DNA of 64,000 nucleotides, from IMG/VR virus record IMGVR_UViG_3300030108_005626, positions 3,304 to 67,303 of that record. One strand, 5' to 3'. This DNA is from a virus. Made by a program: the position numbers and the translations under genes. Each line of letters begins with the position of its first letter. The first letter of the stretch is position 1. Below are positions 49,801 through 58,498 of this stretch, piece by piece. The notes under the pieces are model-generated. The model saw nothing but the letters and a program-made list of their open reading frames with translations, did not search any database and had not been told where the DNA came from.

Positions 49801-50226
49801 GATTTCTTTAGCATGGTTGAATTAGTTAAGTTGGATGCAGAGGTTACAATGGCCCCACAAGATGGATCAGTAAAGACACCGGTGCTGGAAATTCAAAAAA
49901 AATATGGTACTGAAAATGACGACAGTGGTGGTAATAGCGAAACACCACCACCACCGGAAACATCTGCTGACACACTACCAGGTGTAAATGAAGATGGATC
50001 TACTGGTGGACCAGGAGCAATTGATCCCTTTGGTCAAGGTGGTTTTGGAAGTTCTACGGGCGCAGGTGTTATGACCCCAGATGGTGGACCTCCTGTGACA
50101 ATGGACGGCATCAGTATGACTAATCAGACGTCACAAACACAAAACACACTTGTTGGTGATCTTGGTACAAATCAAGCGCTTGAACAAATTGGTGGTCTTG
50201 GCGGGTCTGATCCGTTTGGACAATAG
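40876..50226 (+). CDS. Giant baseplate wedge (gp7/P2 gpI-like) protein with LamG-like domains
   Basis: IYNNL...KSKGTEKSFRNLIRCFG (gpI/gp7-like). LamG motifs TVEFWLK, QWHHY, LFVDG, GSLDEFRFW. 3116 aa. Confidence 0.7.
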   Translation: MSLKDLFKEQKYKFLSNETANSLTGSGIESAEYVSTFLEDENRFIPLVDYSKPENFARFGSAEKYYYDSITRVYNTYPYDGSKKEKILWELSSSGIDLYLFENGYPRTTGYAVFSTASLSATDTSTNYSVWGSYGAAGTGTYEYVSFNGGPHAGIGSKIYLDPESGEAKYREKANVFDTSKNRECNLKIGGVDGNTVEFWLKKEDFNPAATQTEVVFDIFTTSSISSSAGYGRLTIEMSGHGATTNTRSPFYVTYMSGTSGISKQNIGSSLTTSSIADDQWHHYSFRFKNVADDVSVDLFVDGIFNHNVTTGTPINYVSGTLVGNIGALATHPSGNISGAPRAEKGWGKLSGSLDEFRFWKVWRNSQQVQTRWFDQVGGGTNTEDANTTLGLYYKFNEGITLTSSIDSTVLDYSGRLSNGSWTGYSSVHSRKTGSAINESQSLLTNFSGSEFKDPIIYSFHPDVVTYLDTKRKEGRSYDYKNPSSIYYTMPGWILDAHDTADLSNDGIINNSLWNLTQIMSSYFDNAANMMKSMPSLAQNDYFSGSQKPVPFMGRILESKGFVAPELFNAIESLEYFEDRDKNTLYTEKVSDIKNIIYKNIYNNLTFINKSKGTEKSFRNLIRCFGIDDNIYKLNIYSNNVDFVLENNFRSVAQRHRMVNFNVTGNIDATVFQYSSSLNSNSTTFISASKNFTPETSQESSMPFSVESNIVFPNRVRQGEYHTIRYDDPKVRNNYPLILTSSLFGMHTAVDTTPAKTTWNTNDYANFIVFAEKPSTFSSDAKFILTGTLGGFIPELSSTVYTDVYKDTNWSFLVSLYPEAYPNANEVSGTLTNTNAVGTNILLSFTGQAQNDRFKINVPVAAGGTGNDITIRLLEAATPSAGTANEIQVKGSAPLAVNSTATRIVAAINGSSDTSIIQYGAGSGDATNGIAGITAAIGSTPDDITITADITGSIGNSITLTDIEGTFVEDGATGASPATLVGGKLLNTRYVVEFSGISKVLDTTMHQFTVTGSITHQNAVNFLASPKRMFVGSHRTNFSGGLLTPTDVKFNTLRVWQNKLTMDDLSIHASDPNNYSIKNPAQNAYLFNRSINHVYVPNKETLLLHWNFDNVTGSDSSGEFIVEDLTSGSANQMPRYGFLSNIVNKQFTGLGVQFNQSSTDAIIIDEIVSAKPSIPEVLSSEDTIKILENDDKYFQRDSRPTFFDLYIEKSPYQNISDEMLKFMSTVVDFNNLIGQGVDRYRSEYKLLNILRQLFFQRMDAPNIDKYIEYFKWFDLAVGAMIQKLAPMSSGLDERPLKNIIESHILERNKYQSKFPTYEFKQTDPEGRLLGVNEMLYPWKEGHAPLNASAGDQSENCQWFKERAERNDIVSSGDTDIDSDRQEILDLINNLNNASAPNFSDGSTTYQGSTFALRRFARPYKVRANNVSAIHGGGNAHENKKVGFWDSIRKRPTTSTPGEGALISIEPPDSQLESFKDCDDNLELNRGKRKYKFSVGTANDGAEEFTDIFKGDLVFPFSIYSSSVTSNPAMADVIDDFQTNLAITNLHHDNYGPFNDVPMQGPFTEKYVGGRPYRHVMTNFTPDNQQPDDEGERLEGWRLTGSYTALDLVNVSVHNPKSVYFREEYAKRPVNIKNIRQLTGAAETEDQFTDASAVTKIGNYTKDYEIVMTNDRLTNNRYFVKSEGELPTTTFQSTYVSGVIDFVIPRRDLTGSNKFVIVNRFSAPGDVATMCEGMLDVTSGQYSVHNALSFRNLSVRMPLNELHSNHANQFGLYSDQFTVSAFEIAGETFLRGSSSINDPNADLLYIGTGSFHKVNRNTRPRPNFSNELSTYENLGIVSDSSSFDNFFVQHQIPQTDTQYAWITASLIENYDGSALFGFEQPDFKNASLASTDLTFATASNSGSQNIKVDFVGLNTLVIDNIFSTSNTISSSDYYNDAIESLDDALTTNAILSHRGGPAGAASWKLYKKDNHPIVRTHRSENRLSYLQDDGSPTLTLTSTIEPVITSKHKPLTHTLMVKQGITTNPENLKLEELTVQHTYLNNIKFFTNHAQDGFTLDNKILSNQNIKANQEMLDVINYYLYRAGDFAGVPELNPISELISYTVKETVFPKEQFTYLSKVRDRENFASVFWKGESSDIKSQKLRLQENPTSALSFTIPTQSIFSMDARFNITTAAPQTGGFDGGGELQNNGVVFLDKNGNHFVSPLYALPMSSSDGVFIDTAWDAGLQSGLNPSYTTYADYANEIRRIGKDYSILPEFRISEYIADYIESGFDIDARNPKINPTKPFLDLTGSSVLDATNPEFYKIYNTSDLLQFFDVRPETNDGTAIDSITMKCRSLIKFLPYDGFYPAQRTVQLASLFDSCFLGSAASGSKRAGLTPFFAPGIMYNSIKAGIAVDFPMPANTSYLTGTNSGRPYYLNTQTWKRIPFEAIINPESKLSAGATTWYDLFIEDPGREDQDGVGHTSKLRSSLQSYTFSKSTTTSPLLYTLASNNFFAETINFFLPQGKMTTLTSLPSTHPSFGFNSDKIISQDGTPFEEYQMQIRISDSPNFKSEPLAFTNYNKLNAYGLSIGGFASDYSAFVPLYRNFRSDTNTGAGTLILKYRPVDPTVIDYYDIDEIMNGLTASFVPTGLGGNNFSQHFTSSFNIGKSRILEVDFDAITGEAITVKKTSNTVEVMLIEPKWECPMLNFADVTQSTVAATGDTGRVGMWHQYGGIDENNGVFLSIADGSAVDNKTIGSLADLLGFDKTGGKDPKRLGKIASNKEISEAVVAIPFRVVGGNKVTFKIDRGKIRMAEMLLNGADLGGAEHPDQSIIDMVDKMKRYMIPPHMDFMTYHDIAKPGEIMEQIPGGPFAMYIFEFKQTLTQQDLANIWQNLPPTSIGAAPFYHESDEVTISHKVFNSLKLNLINGKEIIGNKEQIAKSQQYVEDIQWMVFKVKKRAATNYFEKTTDLDDGGQFDFKFANQEEFPNITYNWPYDFFSMVELVKLDAEVTMAPQDGSVKTPVLEIQKKYGTENDDSGGNSETPPPPETSADTLPGVNEDGSTGGPGAIDPFGQGGFGSSTGAGVMTPDGGPPVTMDGISMTNQTSQTQNTLVGDLGTNQALEQIGGLGGSDPFGQ

Positions 50227-50236
50227 GAGTTATTAA

Positions 50237-51331
50237 TTGAGTTATTTAGATCCAAAAGAGCAAGTAATAGATTTAGAACTTACATCCTATGGTAAATATT
50301 TACTTTCCGTAGGGAAGTTAGATCCTGTTTATTATGCTTTTTTTGATGATGATATAATATATGATCTTGCACATGCTGGAGTAAGCACCGAAGCACAAAG
50401 CGAAACAGAACCTAGAATCCAAGAAGAAACTCCAAAATTTTCAGCACAATCTAGTTTTTCTAGTAAAGACGTAACTGTTTTCAATGCAGTGCCAGATATC
50501 GTAAACGACTTAATTATGGGTGGACAATTTATTAGTGAAGATAGCATATATGAAGCAGCGGTTGAAGAAGGTTCAATTAACGTTGATTTGAATCCAGAGC
50601 GAAAAGTTGAAATTTTGCAGAATCCAATTTCATTTTCCGATCCTTCAAAAATTTATGCACCTGCATGGAATGTATCTTTTTTAAAGGCACCACTATCCTC
50701 TTCTAAAGATTATTTACCAATCACAAGTTCTCTTGGTGGAAACTTGTTAAATATTCCTCAATTAAATGCTAATATTTCTTATCAGGTTATAAAAAACAGT
50801 CGATCATACAATCAAATTAATAGCACTACTGGTATAAAAAAATTTGGAGAAATGGAAGATTTTGAAAGTCGCGCTGCCGGATTACGAGTTGGAGAAGATG
50901 CTTTTACTTTGGAAGAAGAATCTCTTACATTCAAAAACGGCGCGACAGTTGATGTTGTTTCGGATGCTTTAATACTAAGAGTTGAAGAGTCAAATGTGTT
51001 TTTTGAAAAAGAAAATTTTGATGTTGAACTTTTTGAAATTAATGAAGTTAACGGAAAAGAGACTTTAACCCAAATAAAGTTTTACGAAAATTTGGCAACT
51101 CTAACAGGAGATTTATTGAACAATAATTTAAATAAGATGAGTGCGGAACATTATTTTGACATTTCCATAGATGATGAAATACCAGAAACAATAATTTGCC
51201 CGATGATTCAAGATGATAAAACAAAGCAATTTCACGTTGGTAAAATATTTAATTGTGAAGATTTTATGGTTGAAAAAGATGCAAGAAATATTTACACTGA
51301 TATTGATGATACAAAGGATATTTGTAACTAA
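50237..51331 (+). CDS. Structural protein, N-terminally paralogous to 58499-59479
   Basis: MSYLD..VIDLELTSYGKYLL..G...YAFFDDDIIY versus MAFLD..ILDAVLTDTGRARL..G...FALGDDEIDY. Confidence 0.65.
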   Translation: MSYLDPKEQVIDLELTSYGKYLLSVGKLDPVYYAFFDDDIIYDLAHAGVSTEAQSETEPRIQEETPKFSAQSSFSSKDVTVFNAVPDIVNDLIMGGQFISEDSIYEAAVEEGSINVDLNPERKVEILQNPISFSDPSKIYAPAWNVSFLKAPLSSSKDYLPITSSLGGNLLNIPQLNANISYQVIKNSRSYNQINSTTGIKKFGEMEDFESRAAGLRVGEDAFTLEEESLTFKNGATVDVVSDALILRVEESNVFFEKENFDVELFEINEVNGKETLTQIKFYENLATLTGDLLNNNLNKMSAEHYFDISIDDEIPETIICPMIQDDKTKQFHVGKIFNCEDFMVEKDARNIYTDIDDTKDICN

Positions 51332-54300
51332 TGATTTCTATTCAAAGTTTATCTGAAAATTTATTACCAAACTTGTATCTCAAAAGTGCCACTTTGAATA
51401 CAAAATTTTCAACTGTTGCATCTACACCAAAGAGTAATGGGTATGGTAGTTCTCAAAGTGCAGAGCAATTAAATGAATTAAAAGCAGATGAAAACTATTC
51501 AACATCCAATGTTTCGTTGTCAATAAAATTTTTAAGAAATTTAAATCTACAATCTGAAATACTAAGATTATTTGATTCTGGTTTAGCGCAGAATATTGAA
51601 GTGTACGTGCATCAAATTGAAGATATAAGCACGTATCAAAGTGTTGTTCAAAATCCAGATAAATTAGTTCTGACTACAATCGACCCAGCGCCTGGAGTAA
51701 AAACAAGAAAAACAACCTTAGCTGAGGTGTCAAGTTTTACCAATTTATTTTATTTAAATCAGAATGCCGGAGTACAGCAAAGCAATTCAGTAAGATTACC
51801 AGAACAAACATTACAAGATGGCACTTCTTTATTTGAAGTTGTGCTTGACTTTAATTTTGAATTTGATAAAGATGCACTGTTTTTAGGATATGTTTTTGTA
51901 ACTGCGATTAAAAATGTCGGTGCTGCAAGTCCGGATCCGTCAGAAGTTTTTATTTCAAAACCCTCTAGTGAGATAGCAATACTTAATGGTAAAATTCAAA
52001 ATACCGGTGCGTTATTCACAATAGCGCCACATCCAGCTGGTTCAACACCGGGACAAATAAAACAATTGGATTCTTTTGGTAAACCTGGAGATGTATGGGC
52101 AGGCGGCGTACACTATCATGAACCTTCTCAGAGGTTTATGGCGGGAAGTGAGCATGATCCAAATAAGACTCACCCATTTTTGGATTACTCTATTGTACCG
52201 GTAAGAAAAATTGTAGACAATAGAATTAAAGATAAAGTAGAAAAAAATATAATTAATATAACCAAAGCAATTGAAACTTTAAATTCTGGATTTACTAGAT
52301 ATAAAAATAGTGCAAATTATTTAGATTTTGATCAATATAAAACAACACCTTATGTCAGTGATATATATTTATCTCAAGACAATTCAGGCAATGTAAACGG
52401 AGCGTTTTCTGTAGATAAACTACAAATATTAAAGAAAAAAAGTGCCTTTAAGTTTTTATTTGAAAAGTTGCAATTAATAACTAATCCAATAATTTCAAGT
52501 GATGCAACTGATTTGTTGTTAAATCTATCTAGTTTACAAAAATTATCTTTGTATGAAAAAGTGTCTGTTGGGGGAAATTATTCTTCCGGTCCTGAGACGC
52601 ATCTATGCACCATAAATCAAGAATCCGAAAATGTAGAACAGTTTAGCACTAAAGTAAATTATAAAGGTCAATCTTCAACACAACCATATGATATTGATGT
52701 AATTTTTATGAAAGATAATTTTAGTATCCAAGAGCAGTCTTATACGTTAAATTTCGCAGCTGGAAGTTTAACTATCAATACAGGATTGGGTATTGAATAT
52801 TTCTCTTTCAAGAGAATACAAAATGGAAATAATGTTGGCAAAAGACAGTATAGTGTTCTAGTTGAATATTCAGATCCAACAATTGAAATTGTGAGAGGTA
52901 TTTCTGGAAATATCTCGCAAGTATTGAATGATTTAGATAATATTATAAGTGGTAATGCAAACGTTTATAACGTTGAATTAGTATCGAATGATGTTATCGC
53001 CTCTGTTGAATCATTGGCAGAAGACCCTGGACTTGCACTATATTTTTATAATCCAAATTATGATTATGATGAGTTTAAGCAGTACTTAAAAACTCTAGGT
53101 ACCTTTGATAAAAACTCGTATGCCAATGATTCTATAAAAAAACGAAACATAAATGAAAATCTTTCTTTACTGGTCCAGTTTTTAAATAATTTAAAAAATA
53201 CTATTGACCTATCACTTTCTAATATTGGATCTAAAACGTTAAAATCATTAGATGGAACAGCAGAATCTAATTCTTATGGAACTGCAGTGAGTAAAGTATC
53301 ATCGAAACAGACACCGACAGAACCAAATATTTCTCACAAATCAAAATCAAGTGAAATAGAAATATATAATTATGGTTATGATTTTACCGGATACCTAAAA
53401 AGAGTATTTAGAGAGAAACCCAGACAATCAGTTCTTGATGTTTTTGGAGATACTGTGAGTGGTAGAGATGATAATCAATATCTAACTATAACCACTGATG
53501 ACTATAAAGCAATTAGTGAGTATTTATTTAGTCTATTAATTAACAATAATGCCGATACGCAAAACGCCCTACAACAACCTTTTTCTGCTCTTGGTCTTGG
53601 CATAAACACGCCAAATGAATCAGCATATAGTTATTTAAACACGCCGGTACAATTTATCAGAGATTGTGTAGAATTACCATCGACTGTGCTTGATAAAAAT
53701 ATTTTATTTAATAGTTCAAAGTTCCCCGTAGAGTTTAGTCTTCAATTGCTGTTCTACAATATAATAAAATTTAAAAAACAAATTTTTGAAAATCATTTGA
53801 GCGGGTTAGACAGCAAAGGGATAGCTGCAGGCACCTATATTCAAGAGGAAATTACATCAATCTTAACTGACTTTGGATTTCGCGTGCCTAGTTTGGTAGA
53901 TGTTGATTATACGAAAGAACTACCTTCTGTGCCAACAGATGATGGTAAAAAGTCTTCCAGTAAGAAACTAGATATCCAAGGCATCGAAAGTCCCATATCT
54001 CCAGCATTTGCTTCAAAAGAGGTAGGACTAGGAATTGATGCTGCAAATTATCAATATAAAGTTCAAATAGACAATGCGGAACAATCAAATTTACCAGCAT
54101 CAAACTTTTTCTTGGGAAGCGTTTTAGATAGAAAACTTTTTGAAGCGATAAGTTCTTTTAGATTAAACACATTTGATGATAGTTTTACCCCTTGGTCTGA
54201 AGAGGGGAGTGATGAGTATTTTTCTTATCATTTTCCTGACAACTCGGGTGTTATTCCCCCTTTGCAGGTTTTAAGTTTATCTATCAATACTAAATCTGCT

Positions 54301-54729
54301 ATAAACAGCACTAATCCTTTTAGAAACTTTTTAACGTCAAATCAAGATTATATAAGAAACGGAGTTATTAACCCCTTTCTTTTGTCTATCTTTTGGTTTA
54401 AACATCAAAATATAGTAAGAGTAGAATACTTACAAGGATATGAAAATACAACAAGCCAATTGGTTGTAAAAAATGAAGATGGAACATTGTTTACTACAGA
54501 AAATGGTTCTAATAGCGTTGAGGTAAAAACTAGAAATCTAGGAAAACCTATTTGGAAACCAATAAATAAAGATATCATTGATAATATGAGTGAGGGAACA
54601 AAATATCTTTGTCGATTGTCAAGATATAACTATCCCTATTATGTAAACAAAAGATTGGTCAGTGAATTAAATTTACCTTTGTTGAGTAATTATTTTATAT
54701 TAGAGAAACCAATTAGGAGTTTTGATTAA
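51331..54729 (+). CDS. Large hypothetical structural protein
   Basis: 1132-aa ORF, TAATG-coupled, in the structural cluster. Confidence 0.6.
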   Translation: MISIQSLSENLLPNLYLKSATLNTKFSTVASTPKSNGYGSSQSAEQLNELKADENYSTSNVSLSIKFLRNLNLQSEILRLFDSGLAQNIEVYVHQIEDISTYQSVVQNPDKLVLTTIDPAPGVKTRKTTLAEVSSFTNLFYLNQNAGVQQSNSVRLPEQTLQDGTSLFEVVLDFNFEFDKDALFLGYVFVTAIKNVGAASPDPSEVFISKPSSEIAILNGKIQNTGALFTIAPHPAGSTPGQIKQLDSFGKPGDVWAGGVHYHEPSQRFMAGSEHDPNKTHPFLDYSIVPVRKIVDNRIKDKVEKNIINITKAIETLNSGFTRYKNSANYLDFDQYKTTPYVSDIYLSQDNSGNVNGAFSVDKLQILKKKSAFKFLFEKLQLITNPIISSDATDLLLNLSSLQKLSLYEKVSVGGNYSSGPETHLCTINQESENVEQFSTKVNYKGQSSTQPYDIDVIFMKDNFSIQEQSYTLNFAAGSLTINTGLGIEYFSFKRIQNGNNVGKRQYSVLVEYSDPTIEIVRGISGNISQVLNDLDNIISGNANVYNVELVSNDVIASVESLAEDPGLALYFYNPNYDYDEFKQYLKTLGTFDKNSYANDSIKKRNINENLSLLVQFLNNLKNTIDLSLSNIGSKTLKSLDGTAESNSYGTAVSKVSSKQTPTEPNISHKSKSSEIEIYNYGYDFTGYLKRVFREKPRQSVLDVFGDTVSGRDDNQYLTITTDDYKAISEYLFSLLINNNADTQNALQQPFSALGLGINTPNESAYSYLNTPVQFIRDCVELPSTVLDKNILFNSSKFPVEFSLQLLFYNIIKFKKQIFENHLSGLDSKGIAAGTYIQEEITSILTDFGFRVPSLVDVDYTKELPSVPTDDGKKSSSKKLDIQGIESPISPAFASKEVGLGIDAANYQYKVQIDNAEQSNLPASNFFLGSVLDRKLFEAISSFRLNTFDDSFTPWSEEGSDEYFSYHFPDNSGVIPPLQVLSLSINTKSAINSTNPFRNFLTSNQDYIRNGVINPFLLSIFWFKHQNIVRVEYLQGYENTTSQLVVKNEDGTLFTTENGSNSVEVKTRNLGKPIWKPINKDIIDNMSEGTKYLCRLSRYNYPYYVNKRLVSELNLPLLSNYFILEKPIRSFD

Positions 54730-54730
54730 A

Positions 54731-54949
54731 ATGGATGATTTTGTTACAACCGGATATAACATTATCATGTTTCAACTACAACAGCAAAGTATGCAACAGG
54801 ATATGCAGCAAAACGCCACACTACCAGGATCTACCTCTAGTACAATTGGTGGTGCGACCGGTCAAGATGTATTTAGCACTGAGCAGTCTACTGCAACTAC
54901 TAACCTTATCGGCGTTGGCGGTGCAGGAAATTCAGGTTACGGAACATAA
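54731..54949 (+). CDS. Small low-complexity Gln/Thr/Gly-rich protein
   Basis: AGGAG at about 54715; fills the gap between two large ORFs and ends 2 nt before the next ATG. Confidence 0.45.
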   Translation: MDDFVTTGYNIIMFQLQQQSMQQDMQQNATLPGSTSSTIGGATGQDVFSTEQSTATTNLIGVGGAGNSGYGT

Positions 54950-54951
54950 TA

Positions 54952-57900
54952 ATGTCAAACAATAACTATCAAAATTTTATATATTTGTTTAATAATGAAA
55001 ATGTTATTAACATAAAACAACAATATACGGTTCAGTTCGGCGGCGCACCTATGACCTCAAGTCCCTACGAACTAGGAGAAGATTTTAATTCAGCGATTCT
55101 TATACCGAGTTTTGTATCTGAAGGCAGTTTAGTTTTTTCACCTGAATCTGCTATAAATTATAGAGATTATCCGAGAAAAAACACATCAACTCCCAGAGAT
55201 AAAATGCAATCGATAGGAAGAACAATATTAAAAAACAAATCATTACCAGGACCTCCCCTGCCAATGATATCAAATGATCCGTTTCATAGCCCTTACAAAA
55301 GAGTTCTTTTTAATTTAGATAATAATTCGCTAACACTAGAGAGACTAAAACCTAACGGAACAGATAACGCGACACGATTCACTTTTAGATTTGCAAATGA
55401 TGATGCCAGTCCTTTTCAGGGATTAGCAATAAATTTACCAGTAATTTTAGAGGAAATTGTAGAAGAGACATTTGCACCTATTTTGGCGAATTATGGTATT
55501 TATACTCCAGAAGGTTTTTCAAATTATTTAAATCCAGAACTATCCGTCGTAAACCCAAATGAGTTTTTATATACGCAAGAAATACCACTTGTTTTTGTTG
55601 CTGGAGGTGATTTGGAATCACAAAACATTGACACTACAGCAACATCTAATTTAGAACAGTTTCTTAATCATGGCAATTCACGACCAACTGATGATAATTT
55701 ATATTTAAAACCTTTTTCGGTTCAAGATATAAGCACTATGATTGGAGTTCCGTATGATTTTGATACGGTGTTAAAAAATCAAAACACAAAAAAAATTGGT
55801 ATTACAACATTACAACCCAAATGTGAAAAAGTATATAACTATTACGATCCACAATATGAACCATTAACAATTGCTCTTCTTGATCAAGATGTTATTGACG
55901 AAAGGTCACTGCCAAGCATATATGATTTTTTATTCCTTGAAGAAGAGTTTAACTCAGTTATGACATTTTTAGGATTACCAGGTTTAGATCCAGAAGATAT
56001 AAACTTCTCTAATATAAATCAATACTTGGATCATTTTGTAAACGTTTATGCAGAATATCTTGAATTAGAAGTTGATGGACTTACGATTGAAGGATTAACT
56101 GGAGAAAATGGTTATTTTGACGAGAATAAAAATCTTACAATAACACCTGATTTCGCGACGACTACCGCAGAAGAACTTCCATCTATTAATAATCAAATAA
56201 TAGAAAATTCTAAAATTAATTGGACTGATATTACTCTTGTGTTGAAACAATCACCTCTTCTTGTTGAACTTATAACTGATATTAAACAGCAAGGCACACC
56301 TCTTTGGATGCAAACTTTAAAAACTGGAATTTATTTTTCAGAAAATTCAATTAAAACGTTTAATCAGACTTTAGATAAAGATTCAGTTTTTCCATTTTTA
56401 GTTAAAGTGAATATACCAACCGAGACTAGAGGCGTGTTAGGTGATTTATTTTCTGAATCTGATATATTAGATTCTTTTAATACGTATGCTGCCTCCTTAA
56501 CGATACCTAATGATGCTACACCTTCCACTGTAGATGATTTTTACGGTGGTGTTGTGAATGGAGATGCAAATGAACATTACAATCTCTTCTCTGAGGCAAA
56601 GATGACAACGTTCAAAATGCATTTAGAAAACACCCCTCCGGTACCAAACCAAGAAGATGCTGATCAATTGAGTGAAATACTTAAGGAAGATAACGAAACT
56701 AGTAAAAATATTTTTAAAGGAATTTCCGAATTAAACGATCTTAATATTGCTTCTACAGAATATGATAATAAACTTGATGATCTAATAGATGAAGGGATTT
56801 TTATACCAAGTAATGAAGAAGATGGTGAGGAATCTCTTCAAAACCTTGTTCTGGAGGGCGCTGGACTGTTATTTCCAGCAGGTGGCGCCGGCACTGCCGC
56901 TTTTAAAGAAGAAATTAACAAGGTAATAGCTTTATTTCAAAAAATGTTAAAATATAAAAAAGACTATGGTGTTGATTTATATTTAGACAGTTTGTTTTCA
57001 GTTGGAGATGATACCTTAAAAAGTGTTTTCGAATACAAAACAAAAGACTTGGATGTGACTACGGAACTATCATCCCTTCTCTCACAATTAAAATCTATCA
57101 ACTTTAGAAACAAACTTAAAGATCTTTTAATCGAAAAAAAATTACTAAGAACCCCTGTTGATGTTCAAAATGGAAAATTTGCACATCAAGAGACTCTAAT
57201 GTATGAAATTGCAAAATATGACTTTGATGAGGAAGGTAATGATCGGTTTATCCAAAGTGTGTTCTTGCCGATAACACAAGAACCAGAATTAACTTACTAT
57301 GACACCCAAGTCATACCTTACAAAGATTACCATTACAGAATTTTTGCACACAAGGTAATTGTGGGAACTGAGTATAAATTTGTAAAATACTCTAATGATA
57401 ATGTAATTGAATCTGCAGGCGGTGGATACGCAGCGGAGGTGGAGGGTGGAATTGTTAATTTCTATAAAGCAAAGTATGAAGTTAAACCTTATTTGCAGTT
57501 TGTAAGAGTTCCATACTACAATACTGCCTTGGTTAATACCTCAATTGACAAAATAGATATTACAAGGGTAGAAGATAGACCTCCGATACCTCCACAGGTT
57601 AACTTTGTGCCATATCGTGGAGTGAATAACAAAATATTAGTTCTTCTAAATAACTCTATGGGAGAATTAAAAGCGGCGCCCGTGGTTATGTTTGAAGAAG
57701 ATAAAGAAATCATTAAAAATATAGCAACCGCTCAAGATAAACAAATAACGTTTAGAGATGTTTCTAATAGCGTTATAGGGTATAGTGCAACTATTGCCGA
57801 AGGCGATACATTAGAATATAAATCAGATGATCAAGAGGGCACATTTCAAGCATATAGGATAAATAATAAACCTAGATCATATGCTGATTTTGAGAGAGAT

Positions 57901-58458
57901 TCTAGTTTGAAAGTTTTTGAACTGGACATACAGAGAAATTTTAAAAATGATTCTTTCTTGGACGACATTGCACCTAATACAGACTACTATTATACTTTTA
58001 GATTTGAAGATATACATGGTAAAATTTCAAATCCCACTTTAGTATATAAAGTTAGAATGGAACAACCGTCTGCAAATGCCCCTTACTTGAAAATAAGCAT
58101 GATAGACTTACAAGATGAATTGGTTAAAACTTTAAATCAAAAATATGTTGATTCGAAAAAAATGCAAAAGTACATCATGATAAAACCAAGTGAAAACCAA
58201 AATAATGTTGTTTATAAAACTAGTATTGTTGGCGAAGAACTAGATTATGATGAAGATGGTGCGCCTACAAACACAAATATAAATTATGAAAACGTAAACG
58301 TTCAGATAGGCGCAAACGAAAGATCAGTGTTTGGAAGAAAATTTAAATTAAGAATGACTTCAAAACAAACTGGTAAAAAGATAGACGTTAATTTTACAGT
58401 GGAACAACCAAAAGAAGTTGTAAACGAGACAGGAAATATACAATTCGAGAAAACATAA
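54952..58458 (+). CDS. Large structural protein with C-terminal FN3-like beta domains
   Basis: YYDTQV.PYKDYHYRI and FLDDIAPNTDYYYTFR resemble FN3 D..V.P...Y.Y motifs. Confidence 0.55.
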   Translation: MSNNNYQNFIYLFNNENVINIKQQYTVQFGGAPMTSSPYELGEDFNSAILIPSFVSEGSLVFSPESAINYRDYPRKNTSTPRDKMQSIGRTILKNKSLPGPPLPMISNDPFHSPYKRVLFNLDNNSLTLERLKPNGTDNATRFTFRFANDDASPFQGLAINLPVILEEIVEETFAPILANYGIYTPEGFSNYLNPELSVVNPNEFLYTQEIPLVFVAGGDLESQNIDTTATSNLEQFLNHGNSRPTDDNLYLKPFSVQDISTMIGVPYDFDTVLKNQNTKKIGITTLQPKCEKVYNYYDPQYEPLTIALLDQDVIDERSLPSIYDFLFLEEEFNSVMTFLGLPGLDPEDINFSNINQYLDHFVNVYAEYLELEVDGLTIEGLTGENGYFDENKNLTITPDFATTTAEELPSINNQIIENSKINWTDITLVLKQSPLLVELITDIKQQGTPLWMQTLKTGIYFSENSIKTFNQTLDKDSVFPFLVKVNIPTETRGVLGDLFSESDILDSFNTYAASLTIPNDATPSTVDDFYGGVVNGDANEHYNLFSEAKMTTFKMHLENTPPVPNQEDADQLSEILKEDNETSKNIFKGISELNDLNIASTEYDNKLDDLIDEGIFIPSNEEDGEESLQNLVLEGAGLLFPAGGAGTAAFKEEINKVIALFQKMLKYKKDYGVDLYLDSLFSVGDDTLKSVFEYKTKDLDVTTELSSLLSQLKSINFRNKLKDLLIEKKLLRTPVDVQNGKFAHQETLMYEIAKYDFDEEGNDRFIQSVFLPITQEPELTYYDTQVIPYKDYHYRIFAHKVIVGTEYKFVKYSNDNVIESAGGGYAAEVEGGIVNFYKAKYEVKPYLQFVRVPYYNTALVNTSIDKIDITRVEDRPPIPPQVNFVPYRGVNNKILVLLNNSMGELKAAPVVMFEEDKEIIKNIATAQDKQITFRDVSNSVIGYSATIAEGDTLEYKSDDQEGTFQAYRINNKPRSYADFERDSSLKVFELDIQRNFKNDSFLDDIAPNTDYYYTFRFEDIHGKISNPTLVYKVRMEQPSANAPYLKISMIDLQDELVKTLNQKYVDSKKMQKYIMIKPSENQNNVVYKTSIVGEELDYDEDGAPTNTNINYENVNVQIGANERSVFGRKFKLRMTSKQTGKKIDVNFTVEQPKEVVNETGNIQFEKT

Positions 58459-58471
58459 TTAAATAATACTT

Positions 58472-58480
58472 ACTATTTAG
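58472..58480 (+). promoter_or_regulatory. Putative late promoter ACTATTTAG
   Basis: Intergenic, just before the GAGGAG SD of 58499. Confidence 0.55.
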
Positions 58481-58498
58481 TAAAAGAGGAGATAATAA

